Of a DNA stretch of 64,000 nt, positions 58,844-64,000 are shown in pieces. The notes under the pieces were generated by a model, which did no database searches, was not told where the DNA came from, and saw only the letters and a program-made list of their open reading frames with translations. Source of the DNA: Deltaproteobacteria bacterium. Lineage in GTDB: Bacteria > Myxococcota_A > Polyangia > Fen-1088. Position 1 is the first letter of the stretch; the number at the start of each line of letters is the position of its first letter. The translations under genes and the position numbers were made by a program. The stretch lies in contig JANRKS010000035.1 of NCBI GenBank assembly GCA_033763315.1, positions 64,001-128,000 on the forward strand. The letters are read 5' to 3'.

Positions 58844-60097
58844 ATGCCATCAGCCATACGAATCTCGAAGCGCCTGTTTTTCTTTTTCGCTGCGGCCACC
58901 GTGCTGTGCGGCCGCGCTGGCGTTTCGCACGCGCAAGGGCCGGCGGTCGCCACCACCGCAGCGACCCCTGAAGCGCCGCCCACGATCACGGTTGCGCAAG
59001 GCAAAGGGCTTTCTGCCACATCCGCGGATGGACGCTTTTCATTTGGCGTGCGGGGGCGGATTCAATTACGCGAAACGATCGCGCACGATCCCGACGTTCA
59101 CAACGAAACTCAGGTGCGCACCTTCCGGTTCTTCACCTACGGTCATTTGCTGTCCAAAGATTTGCAGTACCTGGTCCAGCTGGCTTTTGGCGCCGCGGAG
59201 TATGATCCAAACACGCCGTCGCCGGTGTTTGATGCGTTCGTTGACTACAAGCTTCACCGCGACGTGCAGCTGCGCGTGGGGCAGTATTTCGTGGTTTTCG
59301 ATCGGGCACGCACGATCCGCGAATCATCACTTCACCTCGTTGATCGGCAACAGGCTGTGCAAGAGCTCAACCTGGATCGCGACGTGGGCCTGACGGTGAT
59401 GTCGAACGACTTGTTTGGACAAGACGGAAAATTCAACTACGCCTTCGGCATTTATGGCGGCAATGGGCGCAACCGAACCACACCTGTGGCGCCAGCGGTG
59501 CGGCGTAATGGTTACCTCTATACGGGCCGCGTTGGTTTTAAGCCGTTCGGCCCATTCGATGACGATGTAGAAGGCGACCTGCAACGGCTTGCCAAGCCGC
59601 GCCTCGCGTTGGGCCTGGCTGCCGCGTTCGGCGACAACGCCGATCGCAACCGAGGAACGATCGGGACGGCCTACCAACAGTTCACGTTCGACTACAAGTA
59701 CGCGGCGGCGGACTTGGTGTTCAAGTGGCACGGCGTTTCGTTGATGGCCGAAGCGCTCACACGGCAAGCGCGGGTGGATTCAAAGACCAAACTGGTGGGC
59801 ACCACAAACGTGAAAGAATGGTCGCGTTCGGGTTGGGGCTACCTTTTTCAAGCAGGCGTGATGATCACATCGCGCGTCGAAGTGGCGGCGCGTTGGGATG
59901 AACTACGCACGATTGGAAACACAGACCCTACCCTCGTGAGCTTGGTGCAGAGGCAGGGTCGTGAAGTGGGAGGTGGCATCAACGTCTACCTCAACGGGCA
60001 CTTCCTGAAATTGCAGGCCGACTACGCCGCGCGCTTTGGGTCTGCAGACGTGGATCTGTGGCAAGTCGTTAGGTTGCAACTAGATGCGAGTTTCTAG
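58844..60097 (+). CDS. Porin (phosphate-selective OprO/OprP-like)
   Basis: signal peptide; RGRIQLR, DAFVDY..LRVGQY, LDRDVG; LKLQADY; C-terminal QLDASF. Confidence 0.8.
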   Translation: MPSAIRISKRLFFFFAAATVLCGRAGVSHAQGPAVATTAATPEAPPTITVAQGKGLSATSADGRFSFGVRGRIQLRETIAHDPDVHNETQVRTFRFFTYGHLLSKDLQYLVQLAFGAAEYDPNTPSPVFDAFVDYKLHRDVQLRVGQYFVVFDRARTIRESSLHLVDRQQAVQELNLDRDVGLTVMSNDLFGQDGKFNYAFGIYGGNGRNRTTPVAPAVRRNGYLYTGRVGFKPFGPFDDDVEGDLQRLAKPRLALGLAAAFGDNADRNRGTIGTAYQQFTFDYKYAAADLVFKWHGVSLMAEALTRQARVDSKTKLVGTTNVKEWSRSGWGYLFQAGVMITSRVEVAARWDELRTIGNTDPTLVSLVQRQGREVGGGINVYLNGHFLKLQADYAARFGSADVDLWQVVRLQLDASF

Positions 60098-60271
60098 CGG
60101 CGGCCACCGCAGCGGTTCAGAGACCTTCGGACACCTGCGTGAAAGTCGAATTTCTGGCTTGATTCTTCGTAGAAACTTTCAATTGCTGCGGGCTTCATAC
60201 CCTCCAGGTTTCGGGCAAGTTTCTAAGCGATTTCTCTGTGGCTAAATCTGTTTCCGAACGCTTTCGCGTGC

Positions 60272-60300
60272 TTTACGGGGCGTGTTCCGGTCACTACGTT
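60272..60300 (+). promoter_or_regulatory. sigma70-type promoter of the second porin
   Basis: TTTACG-N17-TACGTT, the same -10 hexamer as the dnaK promoter. Confidence 0.45.
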
Positions 60301-60340
60301 CGATGCGTACACCAACCAACCCCATAGGGAGAAAGCTTCA

Positions 60341-61513
60341 ATGACTCGCATTCTTTCAGCAGCTCTAGTAACCACGCTTCTTGGCGGCTCTGCATTCGCA
60401 CAAGACGCAGTACCGGAAGCAGCGCCACCCGCACCCACGGAAGCCGCTCCACCCTCGCCGATGACGCCCGCGGTTGTTGCGCCAGCCGAACCAGCAGCAG
60501 CAGCCCCCGCCGCCGACAGTGGCGTACAAGTCTCGATCTTCGCCGACGCCTTTTACAACTGGAGCACGAGCAAGAACGACGTAAACGCCTTCATCCCGGG
60601 CGGCATGAACAAAGCCCCATCCCACCGCGCCTACAACCGGTACAACGGTTTCGGGTTGTCGTTCTTCGGTGCGGATCTCACGTACAACACCGAGAAGTTC
60701 GGTGCGACGACATCGCTGCGCTTCGGTCCGTCTGTGCCCATCTTCTACGCGGCAGACAAAGGCCCCACGGGCATCGACAACATCACGCAAGCGTACTTGA
60801 CCTACAAGCCAACGACGGCGTTGGCCATCGACTTCGGCCAATTCTCCACGATCTACGGCGCTGAGGTTGCGGAGAGCTGGAAGAACCTCAACTACACCCG
60901 CGGCGGTCTTTACTACGCAATGCAACCGTTCTGGCACACCGGTGTCCGCGCGAAATACACCATCAGCGATGAGCTGTCTTTCACGGGTATGGTCGTCAAC
61001 GGTGTGAACAACGAGATCGATGGCGGCAAAGAGCGTCCCTCCATTGGCGTGCAAGCGGCTTACGCGAAAGACAACATCGCGGTGCTGCTTGGCTACCTTG
61101 GCTCGCTTGATCCAGACACCGACGTTTACTTCGACCACTTCGTGGACTTGGTTGCCACCGCATCTTTCGGCAACGTGAGCCTGGTCCTCAACGGCGACTT
61201 CGCCAAGGATGAGGAGGCGCAATTCTACGGCGGCAGCCTCGCGGCGCGCATCGGCCTCACTGATGAGTTGGGCGTGGCCGCCCGCCTCGAGTACTTGGGC
61301 GACCCTGATGGGCTCATCTGGGCCGCAGGCGACAACAATGTGATCACGGCCACGGGCACCTTCGAGTACAAGCCCGACGCTTCCGGCAAGTTGATCCTTC
61401 GCTGGGACAACCGCTTCGAGAAGTCGAAGGAGCAGATCTTCACCGACCGCGACGGCGCCGGAGCAGACACCTGGTTCCAATCGGTCCTCGGCGTGGTTGT
61501 GACCAGCTCGTAA
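60341..61513 (+). CDS. Putative outer-membrane beta-barrel porin (BBP2/DUF1597-like)
   Basis: signal peptide; ITQAYLTY, DFGQFSTIYGAEVAESWKNLNYTRG, QPFWHTGVRA. Confidence 0.82.
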   Translation: MTRILSAALVTTLLGGSAFAQDAVPEAAPPAPTEAAPPSPMTPAVVAPAEPAAAAPAADSGVQVSIFADAFYNWSTSKNDVNAFIPGGMNKAPSHRAYNRYNGFGLSFFGADLTYNTEKFGATTSLRFGPSVPIFYAADKGPTGIDNITQAYLTYKPTTALAIDFGQFSTIYGAEVAESWKNLNYTRGGLYYAMQPFWHTGVRAKYTISDELSFTGMVVNGVNNEIDGGKERPSIGVQAAYAKDNIAVLLGYLGSLDPDTDVYFDHFVDLVATASFGNVSLVLNGDFAKDEEAQFYGGSLAARIGLTDELGVAARLEYLGDPDGLIWAAGDNNVITATGTFEYKPDASGKLILRWDNRFEKSKEQIFTDRDGAGADTWFQSVLGVVVTSS

Positions 61514-61540
61514 GTCTGGCGAAACACAGAAACTCAGAAG

Positions 61541-61566
61541 AGGGCGTCCGCGGGGACGCCCTTTTT
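61541..61566 (+). terminator. Rho-independent terminator
   Basis: AGGGCGTCC-GCGG-GGACGCCCT-TTTT. Confidence 0.85.
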
Positions 61567-61652
61567 CGTTCGTTCGAAGCATCCCATCGCTTTTCCCCAT
61601 GGACCCGCATCGAATTATCAATTGTTTAGGTGGGAAGAAACAGGGCGTGTCC

Positions 61653-63902
61653 ATGAGTTACACTGCGCATCCCCCGCCGCCCATGCCCAACGACGACGCC
61701 CCGCCACCCGCCCCCCCACCCACCACCCTTTGGCTTGACGACACAGTCGAGCATGAGATGACGGTCTGGGCGCTCGATCATTTGGCCGCCTGTCACGGCG
61801 CCTCCGTGCCTGCAGAGGTCACGCGGACTGCCGTCGCGCATGCGCACCGCGCGGCCGACAACCAGCACGCAGAACCTTGGTGTACACGCCTGCGGACGGC
61901 TGCGACGGCCGTGGGACTTCGCCTGTCGGCGGTGAACGAACCGCTTGATCAGGCACTTTCACTCTTGACGCCAGGCGCTAATTTGATTCTCCGCGCGCAT
62001 GGCGGCGGCGCCGCGCGACTGGTGGCGCTGTGTCAGAGGTCCGGCCACAAAGTCCGTGTGGTGTCGTCAGTCGCCAGCGACCAGGACGGCTGGATGACGA
62101 TGAATGAGTTAACGGCGCTTCTGGGCATCAAAGACGCTTCCGAAGCCGTGACGGTTGTGTTCGGCGAATTGGCAGCCCCTCTTGACGCCTTACGGGTCCC
62201 AGAAGAGGCCAAGCGGACATCGCCCGCTTCGCCGTGGGCACGCTTACGCGCTTTGATTCGCACGGAGCGAAATGATCTTTGGGTGGTGGTTGTGTACGCC
62301 ATTGGCGTAGGTCTCATCAGCTTGGCAGCGCCTGTTGCCGTGCAGTCACTGGTCAATACGGTGGCCTTCGGCTCTTTGATCCAGCCCCTCCTGGTGCTGT
62401 CCCTGGTATTGATGGCGTGCCTCATCGCCGCAGCCATTTTGCGAATCCTACAGTTTTACGTGGTGGAGATCATACAGCGCCGGTTGTTTGTGCGCGTGGC
62501 TGCCGACTTGGCCTTTCGCCTCCCGCGGGTACGGATCGACGCATTTGAGGGCAAGTATGGCCCGGCTTTGGTCAACCGGTTCTTTGACGTGCTGACACTT
62601 CAAAAAAGCACGTCGTCGTTGTTGCTGGATGGACTGGCTTTGCTGCTGCAGGCGGGCACGGGCATGCTGCTGTTGGCGTTTTATCATCCAGTCTTACTGG
62701 CCTTTGATGTCCTGTTGATTGGAGCTCTAAGCTTCATCGTTTTTGTGCTTGGCCGAAGTGGCACGCCCACCGCGATTAAAGAATCCAAGGCCAAATACGA
62801 GGTGGCCGCATGGCTGCAAGAGCTAGCACGCACTCCGGCCACATTTCGCGCCGCTGGCGGCGCCAAGTTCGCCATTCGCAAAGCCGATTCCTTGGCCAAG
62901 GATTACCTTCAGGCGCGCACAAAGCACTTCGGCGTACTGCTGCGACAGATGAGTGGAATGCTGATGACGCAGGTTCTCGCGAGCACTGTGCTGTTGGGCC
63001 TCGGCGGCTGGCTGGTCATGCAGCGGCAATTGACGTTAGGTCAATTGGTCGCAGCTGAACTCGTCGTAACATCGGTGGTGGCGGGCTTCGGCAAACTGGC
63101 GCGCACTTTCGGCGATTTTTACAAGATGATGGCTGGCCTCGACAAGCTAGGGTCGCTCATCGATTTGCCCCTTGAGCGCGAACAGGGCGAGATGCTGCCC
63201 GCGAAGCAACAAAGCGCGGCCTTGTCGTTGCGCAACGTCACCTATGTTTATCCCGGCGGCCACAAATCGCTGGTTGGGTTAAACTTGGACGTCGCCCCTG
63301 GCGAACGACTGGCTCTCGTAGGAAGCAGCGGCGGAGGCAAAGGCACTTTGCTGGAGGTCGCCTTTGGCATGCGCACACCCACCAGCGGCGCTGTGCTTCT
63401 TGACGACATCGACCTGCGCGACCTGCGATTGGAATCGCTGCGCCACGATGTTCTCATGCTCAATGGCGTTGAAATTATCGATGGCACCATCGTTGAGAAC
63501 CTGCGCCTCGGCCGCATTGAGGTCACGCCGGATGAAGTTCGAGACGCTCTGCGCACCGTGAACCTTTTGGATGATGTGTTGAACTTGCCGGAGGGCCTCA
63601 ACACTCACCTCGTTCCCAGCGGTGCCCCGCTATCGAGCGGTCAAGCGCGTCGGTTGGTGTTGGCGCGGGCGCTTGTGGTGAAACCGCGGTTGCTCTTGGT
63701 TCGCGAAACTTTGGACACCATCGCCAGCCACAGCCGCACGAAAATTATCGAGGCCATCTTAGGTCCCAAAGCCCCGTGGACAGTGCTGCTCGTGTCGCAC
63801 GACCCCCAGGTGATTGCCGCGTGTTCGCGTGCTGTTGACCTTGGGGCACTTGGTCAGCCACCCAACCCCTCGCCTGCCGTGCCATTGGGAGGTGCACGAT
63901 GA
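61653..63902 (+). CDS. Type I secretion-like ABC transporter (degenerate C39-like N-terminal domain, TMD, NBD)
   Basis: ABC membrane domain (LTLGQLVAAE), GSSGGGKGT, LSSGQARR; Walker B reads LLVRE. Confidence 0.85.
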   Translation: MSYTAHPPPPMPNDDAPPPAPPPTTLWLDDTVEHEMTVWALDHLAACHGASVPAEVTRTAVAHAHRAADNQHAEPWCTRLRTAATAVGLRLSAVNEPLDQALSLLTPGANLILRAHGGGAARLVALCQRSGHKVRVVSSVASDQDGWMTMNELTALLGIKDASEAVTVVFGELAAPLDALRVPEEAKRTSPASPWARLRALIRTERNDLWVVVVYAIGVGLISLAAPVAVQSLVNTVAFGSLIQPLLVLSLVLMACLIAAAILRILQFYVVEIIQRRLFVRVAADLAFRLPRVRIDAFEGKYGPALVNRFFDVLTLQKSTSSLLLDGLALLLQAGTGMLLLAFYHPVLLAFDVLLIGALSFIVFVLGRSGTPTAIKESKAKYEVAAWLQELARTPATFRAAGGAKFAIRKADSLAKDYLQARTKHFGVLLRQMSGMLMTQVLASTVLLGLGGWLVMQRQLTLGQLVAAELVVTSVVAGFGKLARTFGDFYKMMAGLDKLGSLIDLPLEREQGEMLPAKQQSAALSLRNVTYVYPGGHKSLVGLNLDVAPGERLALVGSSGGGKGTLLEVAFGMRTPTSGAVLLDDIDLRDLRLESLRHDVLMLNGVEIIDGTIVENLRLGRIEVTPDEVRDALRTVNLLDDVLNLPEGLNTHLVPSGAPLSSGQARRLVLARALVVKPRLLLVRETLDTIASHSRTKIIEAILGPKAPWTVLLVSHDPQVIAACSRAVDLGALGQPPNPSPAVPLGGAR

Positions 63903-64000
63903 AGCCGCGCAAGCAAGACACGGTATTCGCCGCGCTTGCCAAGGACGACTTTCCCGCCCTTCGCCTTGTGAGATCACCACGAACGCCCGCGCGGGTGGCC
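63899..64000 (+). CDS. 5' fragment of next operon gene, probably HlyD-family adaptor (truncated by window end)
   Basis: ATGA overlap with the ABC gene, GGAGG RBS, MKPRKQDTVFAALAKDDFPALRLVRSPR; product inferred from context only. Confidence 0.5.
   Translation, partial: MKPRKQDTVFAALAKDDFPALRLVRSPRTPARVA

Noticed and set aside
60098-60340. Riboswitch upstream of the second porin
   Set aside because: No recognisable aptamer consensus, and the candidate promoter lies only 40 nt before the start codon, leaving no room for one

Overview
GC-rich bacterial DNA, very probably Myxococcota (inferred from two MYXO-CTERM-type sorting signals, AgmC-like, TraB-like and PilY1-like surface proteins, Ser/Thr kinase and FHA signalling, and many sigma54-type promoters). 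From left to right: (1) 0.9-11.5 kb, a stress and repair cluster (FAD/Rieske oxidoreductase, GH15, ATP-grasp ligase plus zinc peptidase, BON protein, general-stress protein, topoisomerase IB, ATP-dependent DNA ligase, mannose-6-phosphate isomerase). (2) 11.6-19.8 kb, a phospho-signalling cluster. Its core is a kinase-cyclase-like-STAND ATPase-TPR protein, a convergent 115-aa gene made of six 18-aa repeats (KSGVKAGGFxxNHNRVLV) with a sigma54-type promoter and candidate enhancer, and a divergent FHA-domain enhancer-binding protein. This trio is the best candidate for an undescribed system. (3) lgt, dnaK, vapBC and an ABC efflux operon with TetR. (4) 27.6-40.3 kb, a surface-adhesin block (giant PilY1-like protein, AgmC-like Cys-rich MYXO-CTERM protein, TraB-like OmpA protein). 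(5) Metabolic and housekeeping genes (metallophosphoesterase, esterase, xylA, CHRD lipoprotein, beta-barrel, lon, recA, cinA, PP2C). (6) A CxxCH MYXO-CTERM protein, a 1719-aa HEAT/glycine-zipper protein, two porins and the start of a type I secretion-like ABC operon. No rRNA, tRNA, CRISPR array, integrase or transposase was recognised. All family assignments come from motif recognition by eye; no database searches were run.
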